From NCBI GenBank assembly GCA_964270895.1, contig OZ185453.1: a stretch of 64,000 bases of DNA; one strand, written 5' to 3'. Shown here piece by piece: positions 24,345 through 36,655 of the stretch (the first letter of the stretch is position 1; each line of letters opens with the position of its first letter). This stretch comes from Podarcis filfolensis. Lineage: Eukaryota. A program made the translations under genes and the position numbers. Below the pieces are notes generated by a model, which saw only the letters and a list, made by a program, of their open reading frames with translations, did not search any database and was not told the DNA's origin.

Positions 24345-24427
24345 AACTGTTGTTATATCGAGGCTCTAACTCTTCAATGATAGCTCGCTTCTTCTGAAGC
24401 TCATTATTAGCTTCATGCAGCTTTTCA
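24345..24427 (-). CDS. HOOK3: HOOK3 exon 18
   Basis: 83 nt EKLHEANNELQKKRAIIEELEPRYNNS; tag/gtaagt. Confidence 0.95.
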
Positions 24428-24774
24428 CTATTAAAAAAGATAGAGCCAGAGTATGACAGGTTGTTGAACTACTTTTCCCTGGAAAATTCCTATTTCAGAA
24501 TAACACTCTAAAACTTATGTCAAATTTAACAAAATATATGCCACCTGATCCCTATCGGTAAAATTCATTAAGCTAACAATACAGTCCCAAGATACCCTGA
24601 ACTGGTGGTACTAACTTTTCAATAAAAATATTTAGGGTTAGGATCTAAAAATAGCTTTTAAATGCTCAATGTATAAACCATCTTCAGCTGGTTCACTCCT
24701 TACTGTGCTGCCTGGGATAAGAATAATTGTTTTACTATTCTTACATAAGTAGCAGAAAACATTTTACTACTTAC

Positions 24775-24809
24775 AGATGTTCATCAAGCTTCTTTTTCAG
24801 AATGACTGA
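24775..24809 (-). CDS. HOOK3: HOOK3 exon 17
   Basis: 35 nt SVILKKKLDEH(L); ttttag/gtaagt. Confidence 0.94.
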
Positions 24810-24895
24810 CTAAAAACAAAAGAAAAAAAAGTGTTATTTGAAGCATTCATTGTGGCATAGATTTGAAAACTGAGGGTAGAACAAAAAGTTAAAGC

Positions 24896-25745
24896 AGATT
24901 GAGGTTGAATCCTGACAAGACAGAAGTACTGTTTTTGGGGGACAGGAGGCGGGCAGGTGTGGAGGATTCCCTGGTCCTGAATGGGGTAACTGTGCCCCTG
25001 AAGGACCAGGTGCGCAGCCTGGGAGTCATTTTGGACTCACAGCTGTCCATGGAGGCACAGGTCAAATCTGTGTCCAGGACAGCTGTTTACCAGCTCCATC
25101 TGGTACGTAGGCTGAGACCCTATCTGCCTGCGGACTCTCTCGCCAGAGTGGTGCATGCTCTGGTTATCTCCCGCTTGGACTACTGCAATGCACTCTACGT
25201 GGGGCTACCTTTGAAGGTGACTCGGAAACTACAACTAATCCAGAATGCGGCAGCTAGACTGGTGACTGGGGGCGGCCGCCGAGACCATATAACACCGGTC
25301 TTGAAAGACCTACATTGGCTCCCAGTACGTTTCCGAGCACAATTCAAAGTGTTGGTGCTGACCTTTAAAGCCCTAAACGGCCTCGGTCCAGTATACCTGA
25401 AGGAGCGTCTCCACCCCCATCATTCTGCCCGGACGCTGAGGTCCAGCGCCGAGGGCCTTCTGGCGGTTCCCTCATTGCGAGAAGCAAAGCTACAGGGAAC
25501 CAGGCAGAGGGCCTTCTCGATAGTGGCGCCCGCCCTGTGGAACGCCCTTCCAGCAGATGTCAAAGCGATAAACAACTACCTGACATTCAGAAGACATCTT
25601 AAGGCAGCCCTGTTCAGGGAAGTTTTTAACATGTGATATTTTATTGTATTTTTGGTTTTTATGGAAGCCGCCCAGAGTGGCTGGGGAGGCCCAGCCAGAT
25701 GGGCGGGGTATAAATAATAAATTATTATTATATTATTATTATTAT
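24896..25745 (+). mobile_element. Young 5'-truncated L2 (CR1-group) LINE, C-terminal ORF2 plus 3'UTR and (ATT)n tail
   Basis: Uninterrupted 245-aa ORF LNPDKTEVL...RSLGVILDSQLSM...ISRLDYCNALYVGLP...LHWLPVRFRAQFK, typical of the L2 post-RT region; CpG-rich. Confidence 0.92.
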
Positions 25746-25981
25746 GTGTGCAACAAAGCCTAAATGGGCAGCCTCAGGTACTTAATACTTTTCAGCTGGA
25801 CCCTCAAGTTTATTTCTTCTCACAGTGCAAGACATGTGAAAGCAAGGAAAAACAAATATAAACCTGGAATCCCACCAGGGGAGGGGTGAGAATTGGAGCA
25901 GGGAAAGGTTAAGGACCTCCTGCTCTTATACCAAATATCACCCCCCCCCAAAAGTAGCTTTTCTCTGACAAAAGTGCACCA

Positions 25982-26369
25982 CGAGCACAATTCAAAGTGT
26001 TGGTGCTGACCTGTAAAGCCCTAAACGGCCTCAGTCCTGTATACCTGAAGGAGCGTCTCCACCTCCATCGTTCTGCCTGGACACTGAGGTCCAGAACCGA
26101 GGGCCTTCTGGCGGTTCCCTCACTGCGAGAAGCCAAGTTACAGGGAACCAGGCAGAGGGCCTTCTCGGTAGTGGCGCCTGCCCTGTGGAACGCCCTCCCA
26201 GCAGATGTCAAGGCAATAAACAGCTATTTTACTTTTAAAAGACATCTGAAGGCAGCCCTGTTTAGGGAAGCTTTTAATGTTCAATAGGTTATTGTATTTT
26301 AGTGTTTTGTTGGAAGCCGCCCAGAGTGGCTGGGGAAACCCAGCCAGATGGGCGGGGTATAAATAATAA

Positions 26370-26412
<43 letters not shown>
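25982..26412 (+). mobile_element. Second, shorter L2 copy of the same family with (ATT)n tail
   Basis: Closely similar to 25333-25745; ends gggcggggtataaataataaattattattatt... Confidence 0.92.
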
Positions 26413-26415
<3 letters not shown>

Positions 26416-27781
26416 CCACCACTGGGTTTTGTTGCCAACATTAGCATACAGATGAATTGTAAAAATGTTAGTTCCGCCCATAAAATATAACAAAATGCTT
26501 TTTAAAGAAAGATTAAGGTTGTTCTGCTTTGTACCGCTCATGTACAATGTAATGTGTATCGATAAATTAATTTCAAGTCCAGTTCACACAGCAGCCCCTA
26601 AGCAAGGTCCTACGTGACCCATTCCATCTGTAGCAGCTACCTGTTCACTCACCCACCTCGAAAGATGAAGGAATCCTTGAAGCTGTCAGAAGGTTAGTGA
26701 AAAGTAGAGGTACCCTCCAAACCATATGCATGGCCAGGCAGAATGGTCTCATTTAGTGCCTGCTGCATGAACTGACCCACAGCTGCATTGGGCATGCTAT
26801 GTTACAGGCTGGGTATGTGGCTGCTCTGTTCTGGCAGCAATTTTGTCAACTGTCACGCAGCTATTACCCTCAATGACTTTGTAAAAAAAATGAGATAAGG
26901 TCGAGGGAGTTAACCGGTGCCACACAAGCCAAAAACATAGCTGCTACATACATGCAATGTAGCCCTATTCAGACAAGGTTCATAGCATATGTGCACCGTT
27001 GATCTAAATGCACTAACTTGACCAAGTATGGATTTTTTTTGCTTTCTAAATATATAAGAATGCATAGTACATAAATTTGTTAAACCCACTTCCAAATTGT
27101 TCAAAAAGGTATAGCTAGGTTTTGATGAGCATATTGCAAGTCTCATGTAAAAATCTTGTATATGCAATTGACATGTACATTGCCATGTGCAACATTTGCA
27201 AAGGAGCGGTGATGATCTCCAATGCCCTCCCCTTCAGAAGGTGCAGTTGAGTCATACATGGGTTTCATGCCAATTCCTACACAGAAGTGTGTTCATTTAG
27301 GAATGTTATAAAATATTAAGGCACCCCTATTTAAGAAACAAGGGATTTACAGCCCATGTCATGATTTCTGTCATAAGAACAATGCGAGAACACCGCAATA
27401 AATGTAAATTTTAATGTGGCTCAGTCCTGTATGGAAACGCCTACATAAAAATAGTGTAAAAGCATTAACTACAAATTAAATAACTGAAATTGTGGTTGAT
27501 TGCAGTATTTGTAAACTTCTTCACCTGTGTCTAAGGAAGCATGCAACAAACACAGCTGAAGCATTGCCATGATAACAACACACATAAAAATATTTGGGAG
27601 ATGTACGCCCCCTAAGGTTCTGCTAAGCCACAGGTGCACAACACGTAGAAAGTGTGAAACATAACATGAATAAGAACGGAAACTTTATCCATTTAAGTTT
27701 CTCTTAAAAAGAAAAAACAGAGCCACAAATCGGCATTGACTGATTAAGAGCAGATTGAAGTAAATAGGAAGCCATACTCAC

Positions 27782-27787
27782 AATAGC
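27782..27787 (-). CDS. HOOK3: Candidate 6-nt HOOK3 microexon (GCT ATT = Ala-Ile) between exons 16 and 17
   Basis: tactaat branch motif, pyrimidine tract, tttctgctgaag|GCTATT|gtgagtat; phase 0 on both sides. Confidence 0.75.
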
Positions 27788-28302
27788 CTTCAGCAGAAAC
27801 CCGTGCCGAGAGACAGAGGCAACAGATTAGTACGAAGCAAACAGCAGCCAACAGAATAAACTACATAGTATCTTTCTGAAGAGAACACATTTAAAGCAAG
27901 GCATTCTCAGAGCATGCACATTTTCTTCTCTCTCTGCTCTCTAAGGTCTCTTCCTCCTGTCTCATCCTCTAGAGAGCTGTGGAAAGCTAGCACAAACCCG
28001 TTTCAAGTATATGAATAAGTGCTCTAATTAAAACACAAATGCTGCAACAAGACATCTTTCAATAAAGCACATACACGAATATCAACTCGACCTAAGCTTT
28101 CAAAAGATGGTGGCTGAGGTCACTGTAAGGACTACATGCGAAAGCAACCAGAAGTAATTAGATGAGGTGAATGGCAGCCCACCTAACAATGATACAAAAT
28201 GCAAATCTCCCCCCACCCCATTCAAAAGTGGCTGGGGCTGTACAGCATATACACCCAAGGAAAAGTAAAAAACTGACACACTTTGCTGAATGCTTTTAAG
28301 AG

Positions 28303-28553
28303 CATGGGCTGCTAATCTGTGGGCCTCCAGCTACTGCTGAATCACAACTTCAAAGACTCAGAGCGGGAAGGGACCCCGAGGGTCATCTAGTCCAACCCCC
28401 TGCAATGAAGGAATATCCTGCCCACAACCATCCCTGGGTGGGCTCGAACCAACAAACTTCTTGTCAACAGCCAGACACGCTGACTCATTGTGCCACAGAT
28501 GACGCAAACTGTAGTTCTACAATGCCTGGAGGTCCACAAGTTAGCCACCTATG
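28303..28553. mobile_element. Old palindromic hAT-like MITE split by a SINE
   Basis: Imperfect TIRs catgggctgctaatctgtggg / tccacaagttagccacctatg. Confidence 0.55.
28352..28503 (-). mobile_element. tRNA-Asn-headed SINE with CR1-like tail
   Basis: Head ctgtggcacaatgagtcagcgtgtctggctgttgac...ggttcgagcccacccaggga resembles tRNA-Asn(GTT); tail ggttggactagatgaccctcggggtcccttcc. Confidence 0.8.
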
Positions 28554-28844
28554 ATTTAGTGTTTACGTGGTGGTCCTGTACAGTGAACACACCAAACAGA
28601 TGATCAACTCAGTTGCTCCACATTGACTAGACTTGCTAGCAGGAAGCTTCTTATCTGAAACTGGGAACTCTGATCCCATTTAAAAATAGTTAGAACCAGG
28701 GAATCACATTATTTTATTTTTACATGTGAAAGCAAATGAAGCTTTGCAGAAAATTTAAAGTCGATTGAGTTAGAATACCAGGTGCTGGAAAAGTCAGCAT
28801 TATTATAAACTGATTGCAAGAAGTTTTTGTCTTTTTCCACTTAC

Positions 28845-28932
28845 ATCTTCTGTTTTTAAACCTTGCTCCTGTAAGGATTTCTGCAGTTCTTCAACCTGAG
28901 ATTGTACTTCAAGCAGTCTCTGATTTACAAGC
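28845..28932 (-). CDS. HOOK3: HOOK3 exon 16
   Basis: 88 nt LVNQRLLEVQSQVEELQKSLQEQGLKTED; tag/gtaagt. Confidence 0.96.
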
Positions 28933-30231
28933 CTAGAAATAATGAGAAAAAAATCACTTTCTTCTCAGACACAACTATTAAGACTTATTTATTCTCCTTA
29001 AAACAATAAATCATAGTCACCCAATTTTGTTTACAATTCAGTGTGCAATTCATACAGCATTTGAACAAGTGGCACAAAGTATTATTTTTAAACACATTGA
29101 TAGCCTCACCTTTCCTTGTGCATTTCAAGGTGGCCAATAGAACTCATAAAACATGTGAAAAATAGCAAGGTAGCAATTGAAGAAGTTAAACATAACAATA
29201 AAAATCTAATAGACAAGGAATTATAACAAGGCCAAAGGCCTTAACGCTAAGGTGGCAGGCCAAAAAGGAGGCAGCAAAACAAAACTCTGTCAGCAGGGAA
29301 TTCCAAAGTCAGGGCATGGCAACAGAAAAGACCTACTCTGTCATTCCTACCAAATGGGGAACTGACAATAATAGGGCCTTTCTAAACAAACTTTATAGTG
29401 TGATGAATTAAAGGGCAGCTAAAAGAACAATATTGATTGCCATCTCTTGCTGAATATAGCACCTTGCAAGCTGCTTCCAAAGGAAAATTACTAAGAAAAT
29501 ATCAATACAGTATAAGAAAATCTCTCTGACATTAAAACTTTTCCAGAATCCCATTGTCTCAGACTGCAAGAAAGCAGAGCTCGGCAGGGCATGCCTTTGA
29601 ACCACCAGGGATAAAGCTTGTGGCTAGAAGACTTCCTAGAGCCCCAGTTTAGAAGCATAATTTCACCAGAGAGTATGATCTTTTGTGGAATGGAGAAAAG
29701 AAAGGAGAAACTGGGTCTTCAAGCCTGAAGAATCTTAGAGCTACCTTTAAAATCATACAGCATGTGTCATAAGACTTTCCTAAGACCTACACTTCAAACA
29801 TGGGTTTTTTTTGCATTTTGTACAGATTTAGGAATGCATTACACAGTACAAACATAGGTGTATGCGATAAGTGTCTCCCATGATGAACACAGCAGCATAT
29901 GAAGGGGGCACACAAAGATCTTCAAACATGCAATAAATATATCCCGGGGTCAGCTGTGGCTTGTGAGTGTGTTTACCAAATATCTGCAGACACAATGGCC
30001 TTCTTCAAAAAGTACAGTCTTATTCCTTTCAAATATTATCATGTTTACCTTGGGTACATGCATCTCCCCTTAAAATACTGTGGAATTCATTGCAGAAACA
30101 GAACTTTTGTTATGTTGTATGATCAGTGAAAGATAAAGCTATTAGAGCCCATAACCTTTGTCACAGGGCAAGTAGAACTGAAGAAAAGAGGAACACGGCC
30201 CCATTTTGAAGGAAAAACAGCCCTTTCTTAC

Positions 30232-30372
30232 CTGTTCTCAGTCTCCAATTCATTCTTTCGGAGATTAGCATCATCCAGAAGACTCTGTAACAAGGCAATT
30301 TTTTCATTATCAGATCCTTCTTGGTTCAACTTTAGTATCTTGTTTTCATGTTGAAGGCGAATGAGTTTTTCC
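30232..30372 (-). CDS. HOOK3: HOOK3 exon 15
   Basis: 141 nt EKLIRLQHENKILKLNQEGSDNEKIALLQSLLDDANLRKNELETEN(R). Confidence 0.96.
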
Positions 30373-30607
30373 CTTGAATAAACAAGATGAGAGCCAGGAT
30401 TAGAAATTCAGCAATGGGACTCAGAAGAACACATCAGTAACATTAACACAGAAAGAACAGTATTTTAAGAACTGCCTCACCAAACATTGGGGGGAGGGAA
30501 CATTATAAACGGAGTGGAGACTGATAACAACAGCTTCTCTTACTACTAATGAAAATATTAATGAAATACAATGCTGACATAAAGAGGACCATATAATTCA
30601 GACTTAC

Positions 30608-30677
30608 TTGATTTCAGGGGTACTAATTTCAGCTGCTAAACTGTCAGAAGATTCCTGACCTCCCAGGGGCAACAATC
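30608..30677 (-). CDS. HOOK3: HOOK3 exon 14
   Basis: 70 nt (G)LLPLGGQESSDSLAAEISTPEI(K); tag/gtaagt. Confidence 0.94.
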
Positions 30678-31441
30678 CTATTTTAAAGAGTGAAAAAGAA
30701 AATGCTTAGATCATGTAGGGCTAATCTGGGATGTGACCAGAAATAAATTATTTCAAATATATATCAATGCATATTTCAACTTTCATGCTACAATAGAAAG
30801 ACTTAAAATGTAACTGATATAATCTTAAACTTAATTTTGATTAATGAAACACAGGTGCTTGACAAAAATTCTGAATTAAGGCATTTTGAGCTCAAATTGC
30901 TGAATCTGCATGCACCCTTGCAGGATTGCTCCAGGTGAACAGGCAAATGAACTATATTTCAATAGACTGTTACACCTTTTATGACCCCTGAAGCAAACCA
31001 CTGTGAGATTTTTATGATATTGTGAGAAACAACAGCCTGATTTTCCAATTCTCTAGAATTCAAGTGCTCTGAAAAAAAGCAGTTTATTTATAACATCTGA
31101 AGTCTCTCCCTCCCTCCCTGCATGTTTTATCTTCCATATGGAAGGAATCTACTCTTACACCCTAGGACCATAAAGCAAATGACCCTCTTCTCTGGTAACG
31201 TCAACCAATTTATTTATTCCATGCAATATAAACCAAAATCTGGGAAGAGCAATAAAGAAATATTAATGGAAAAGAGACCCAGCAAAGGATACTAACTTGG
31301 GGCACACAGATTATTAAAATATACTCATGAATAACAGCACCAACCTACTCCCTGAAATGCCACAACAAAATCTTGTATTTCACACACCACACTCTCTACA
31401 TGATGTTTTAGGTGAAATCTCATAATCTTGATTTTCTTTAC

Positions 31442-31529
31442 CTGAAGTAGTAAGCTGCCCCTCTTGTGCTTGTACACATCGAATCTCTTCAATGGTTTCT
31501 TTCAGGGAATCTCTCTCCGTTCTTAACCG
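31442..31529 (-). CDS. HOOK3: HOOK3 exon 13
   Basis: 88 nt RLRTERDSLKETIEEIRCVQAQEGQLTTS. Confidence 0.96.
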
Positions 31530-34187
31530 CTACATAGAAAGGAAAACATAGATAAATATGTGACAATTCTACAAGCCAACTCATGAAGCACTGCTAAAAT
31601 GGCTACCATTGCATGTCAGGATTTTAATCATCTATGTATCCAAAAAAAGTCTTCCATGTGAAGAACTTCAAAGCAAAACTAAAAGAAATGAAATGAAATA
31701 TCTGCTAGTTTGTCTTCTGAAAGGGCCTATTATGCAGTAGGTAAATATATCCAGACTCCACAGACTTGTGGAATCTCAAACCCATCAACATCATGCAGGG
31801 CTTTGAACAGCAGAGGAAAAATGCCAGTGCCAACTGTCAAATAGTTCCTTGCACTAACTGGAAAATTGTATTAGCAATTCCAGAAAGTTATGGGGAAGGA
31901 AAACAGGCAAGGTAATGCAGTGAAGAAGTATCTGATATATTCCCCATGCCACTTTTGGGGGGACTTTTTGGGGGAAATCAGCAGCATTGCTTTAAAGCAG
32001 AAAGGCATTAACTCCTTGTGACCCCCCAGAGCAATAATGCCTGTGTGCCTAGCAGTTTAGAGCTGGCCGTATCCATCTACTAAACAGAAAGAAGACAAAG
32101 ACCTCCCCCTGCTATATATTAATTGAATGTTTGCACACACTGTCCCAACAGTCCGCCACCTCCAGTCAAACCCTCTTTTACATTGAACGAGGGGTTGTTG
32201 CCAAAACCAAGAGTTCTATAGCAACTAGTTCAATTTTTGTCGGTGTTCCAACATCATTACAATGTGCATTTCCTTGCCCGCTGTCAACCTATGAAATGGA
32301 GGGATGCAGCAAAATGCACAACATAACAGCGTCAGGGCCAGACAAGTTGAACTAATTGTTAGTGGAGGGAGGGTTGAAGGGCTGGGGAAGAGACTTGGCA
32401 AGGGGCTGCCATTTTCAGCCACATCTCAGTGTTCTAACATGTACTTCATAATGTATTTGAATGTAAAAAGCTAGACAGCCACTGCTCTAGAATGCTTGGC
32501 CCTTTAGAACCTGAAATTAATATACGTTTTATGTTTTCAATGTATGAATGGTATGTAGGTTCAGAAATGGCCCAGTCAGGCCTACACTATGGTGGCAGCA
32601 GGGCCCTCAACAATAAACAACAAAAAAGGAATCATGCTGAAATACGTTGAAAAGAGATTTAATTTCTACCTAGGAAGCAGACAACGATGAAGCAAGAACC
32701 AAGATAAGGCTTTGACACAGCAGTTGCAATTGTGGGAGGAAGGAGAGACAGCATTAGGCTGGAGAGACAGAGGTGTGCCTCCAAGCACAGGGAAGGCAAG
32801 GACGAGACAGACAATAGCAGGGAGGAAAAGCAACAAACACAGATGTTGGGAGAAAATATGTGCAGCAGGAAAGGGTAAACTTGTGCCAAGCCAAAGAGAT
32901 GAAGATGGAAAGTGACCCAGGTTTTTAACGAGTAGACCAAGAGCAAGATGTTGATGTACAGACAAACCTCCCTTTCTCCACAGAGCCTGCTCTAGTTAAT
33001 GAAATAAGGGCTTTTCTACCTAAAGTTGTGCAACTACTCATGTATATCAACTGAAGAAGGGAAAAGTAGTGTTGATGACAGCTGAGCTGGCTCTGGTGTT
33101 ACAGCCAAATCCATTTTCTCCCTGCACACTGAAAGCTTTTTCAAGTTTATTTTATGCACTTTGTCGACAGAGAATCGAAGTATAGAAGCAGATTTAAATA
33201 GAAGAGTACAATGACCTTAGTGATAGGATGTTTTGTGAAAGGTATTCTGAAGTTTTTAAAGGATAGTGAAAGTGGCAGGAGAAAATGTCAGCTCTGGGGC
33301 ATTGCCTGAAAGTGTGTCAAAAAGAATGCAGAGATGAGCTAACTAACTATAGTTCTGGTAAACAAGAAAGATAAATGCATCACAAACAGTGATGGAAAAG
33401 CATAGGATAGGGAAAGATTAAGGTAGACAGTGAACATTTCAATTTTCACCACATTAAATCTGAGATGGGAGATACCCACATCCAGAAGGAAACATCATAG
33501 GTCAAACAATCACATGGAAGACAAAAAGACAGGTACGAGAAAGTAGATCTGGGAATTATTTGCATAAACCTAAAACCACAGATGAAAATGCAAGCACCAA
33601 CAGACACCATGGGTTGGTTGACATGTAACTCCAAGCTATGGTTTTATGCCAACAAGAAAGAGCCCTGTGCTCACAATGCTCTTTCGTCCCAATCCCTGTC
33701 TGAACTGCTAAGTTATTTGGTTTATGGCAAACCATGGCTTCCACAGGCTCTCTAAACACACAAATAAACTGTGGAGTGAGAGAGGGAACAGCATGCAAGC
33801 TCAACCCATAGACAGGGTAAACCATGGTTTGGCATTACATATGAACTGACATGTGAAACAGCGATGGAGCCTTGTAGAAAACCACGCAGAAAGTGAGACA
33901 ACATGATCAGTTGCAGTAGTTAAAAGAAGTTACTAGGAACTGTCATGGAGACTTAGAGTGGGAGAGGAGGTCAAAGAAGGTAGACAAAGATAAAGAAGCG
34001 GGAAACCAATAGAAGAGCTGGAAGAGGCTTTTAGAAGCACTCCGGAAATCTACTACATTACAGCACAGAAAAAGACATTTAACCTAGGATTTATAAGGGG
34101 ACAACATCAAAAACCAACTCTTTTAAGAGATAAGAGTTAATAAAGTTGCTTCTATCAAGGATGAAAAAGCAACATTTAGATACATAC

Positions 34188-34298
34188 ATCTTTTTCTTTT
34201 TGCAGACTGTCTACTTTTTCTTTCAGCATCTTGTACTCAAATTCTAATTTGTCTGCTTTCTTGGATTCTTCAGACAATCTATTCTGGAGTTCAACTAC
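34188..34298 (-). CDS. HOOK3: HOOK3 exon 12
   Basis: 111 nt VVELQNRLSEESKKADKLEFEYKMLKEKVDSLQKEKD. Confidence 0.96.
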
Positions 34299-35713
34299 CT
34301 GTAAGAGCAAGAAGGGATCACATCACCAATAACACAAAAATGTATGAATCATCGTAAGAGCCAATGGCACGTTCATTTGCAACAATAAAAAAATGTTTAT
34401 TGTTACAAGAATGAGCCCAGGTGAGTCTTGGACTTGTGCACTCCCCGCTGCAATCTTCCTCGGGTGCAGTAACGACAAGTTCAGAAATTTTTGCTTCTGA
34501 TTTCAGTTAAGTGCAGATTAGCTTTATATCACACCCTAAACTGGTAAACTTTAGAATGATTCATTGAAACGAACCAGCTGATAAGGGAGCTGTATCAATG
34601 GTCGATTTTCACTCAATGGCAATCATAGCTGCCTTCCATTTTCAAATACTGAAATTGCTAAACTGAGATAAATACAATTAGTACTCAATCTGTTGTTTTA
34701 CTGGTGGTAATATCAGTAGATATGGAGAAGCAAGTATTCATGGAAATGAAACTGGTGTCCAGCTGCTGTCTCCTGCAGAATGAATTACCCAAAGATGTAA
34801 GCAGACCTGCTACTGATATCTCACAACTTACTCCATAACACAGCTACGTTAATGCAGCTGAATCTCAATACACTCTCTTTAACACACTGTCTCAGAGTAT
34901 GACTTGCTTTTCTGGTTATTATACCAGATATATAAAATAAATGCAATATTTGTTCTGCCCTATCAGGGACTCTTACGAAAGACAAAGCTGTTGTTTCCTC
35001 AGATACATGGAGAAATATCAGGTGGATGATTTTGCAACGAAGGATAAAACTAAACCAAAATGTGGCAAATTGGAAGCCTTTTTTTGGACCATGGGCCCCA
35101 AGTGCCCTATAAATAACCCATTCTAACTCCCTTCCCCATTTTACTTTTAAAACAATTAAAATATTGATTCAACTGAAAACGTTTGTACAAAAGAATATAA
35201 TTACAACAAAAGGCATTATATTTTATATTTATAATTTCAAAACATTATAAATAATGACCGTCGTTTGAAAAACTATTGGCTGTTCATTACACACTCATCT
35301 AAAATGTGCCATTTTAATCATAATTATAGTTGACCAGATTCTATCAAACACATGTTTAATGACAGGGATTGCTTTTCTTCTAGTTTTTACTTGTTAACAA
35401 ATTCACCACTATTTCTAAGTTCACTTCTAAGACTTGATCCTTTAAAAATAGCAGTCGCCAAGTGAGTTTTGTAGCTGTGGGAATATAAACCTAATCATCC
35501 CTAGTCCAAGTCCAACTCTCAATCCAAAATATCATATGGATTTTATGGAATTTGGAATAGTGTTTCAAAGCATTTCTGTGAAAAACTGCATGAGGGATTT
35601 TTTGGTCACTAGCTTGGCTGAGGAACAGAAGAAATTGTAAGGTGACTGGCATAAAGCGATTTACAAGTAATAGGAAATGTAGTAGCTCCAATTTCAGTCC
35701 CTCCTGTGCTCAC

Positions 35714-35915
35714 CTGTCTCTTGTACGTTTCCAGCTGACTGCGGGCTGCATTGGCTTTCCTCAACTCTTCTTCTAAGCTGACAGTGTTTTGCATGTACAT
35801 TGTGTTCTTCTCTTCCAAGAGCTTCACTTGCCGCCGTAGATCTCCAAGATCTTCCAACTTCTTTTTGTATGATTCCACCTGGCCTTCTAACTTGTCCACT
35901 TTGTCAGATGAATGC
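35714..35915 (-). CDS. HOOK3: HOOK3 exon 11
   Basis: 202 nt HSSDKVDKLEGQVESYKKKLEDLGDLRRQVKLLEEKNTMYMQNTVSLEEELRKANAARSQLETYKRQ. Confidence 0.97.
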
Positions 35916-36199
35916 CTGGAGGGAGGGATGTTGCACAGATTCCATAGGTGGAAAACCTTTACTGCATGTGTTTTAATGTAAGCGTTTATTAGCTGCTACT
36001 CGGCCGAAGCTCTTAGAAAGCATTATTAATAAAATAAGCATACTACAAAATAACAACAGAATTCCAGCATAATATAAAATCAAGAAATCAAAAAGAAAGG
36101 GGCAAACAGAGATATTTTCACCTGGCAGAAAAGGAAGGCAATGATTGCACCAGGCAATCTCTCTGGGAATTCTAGAAGCAAAAGACACATCTGAATATG

Positions 36200-36420
36200 C
36201 CCTGTCTCAGTTATCACACCAGCAGCCTTAGTTCAGATGCTGGGAGGACATTGAGGCAGATCTTAAATGTTGAGGGAGTCATACAGACAGAGGCAAGCTG
36301 TTAGGTAGGCTGTTCCTAAGCCATTTAGGGCTTTAAAGTTTAAAACCAGCACACTGAATTGTCTCAGTAACGGACAGGAAGCCAGTGTAGCTTATTCAGA
36401 ACCGGCAACGTACATCCATT
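36200..36420 (-). mobile_element. Old L2 fragment
   Basis: ccatttagggctttaaagtttaaaaccagcacactgaattgtctcag is a degenerate reverse complement of the young L2 at 25330-25385. Confidence 0.6.
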
Positions 36421-36514
36421 AGAAAACTGTGTATAGAATGTATCACTGAACTTTGTTCTAGAGAATCAGCCCCATGAAGAAATACACATTCTTATGGGCA
36501 GAGAACTGGCTTAC

Positions 36515-36655
36515 CTTAATACATCCATTTCGTCCTTCAGAGACTGAGCTTCTTCAGCCAGGTTTGTTAATTCTTCATTTTGTTGCCGCAAGTCTACAAT
36601 TTCCTTTTCCAACTCTTCACAACGAATTCGATAATCATCCTTTGCTGCTTCTAAT
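36515..36655 (-). CDS. HOOK3: HOOK3 exon 10
   Basis: 141 nt LEAAKDDYRIRCEELEKEIVDLRQQNEELTNLAEEAQSLKDEMDVL(R). Confidence 0.96.
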
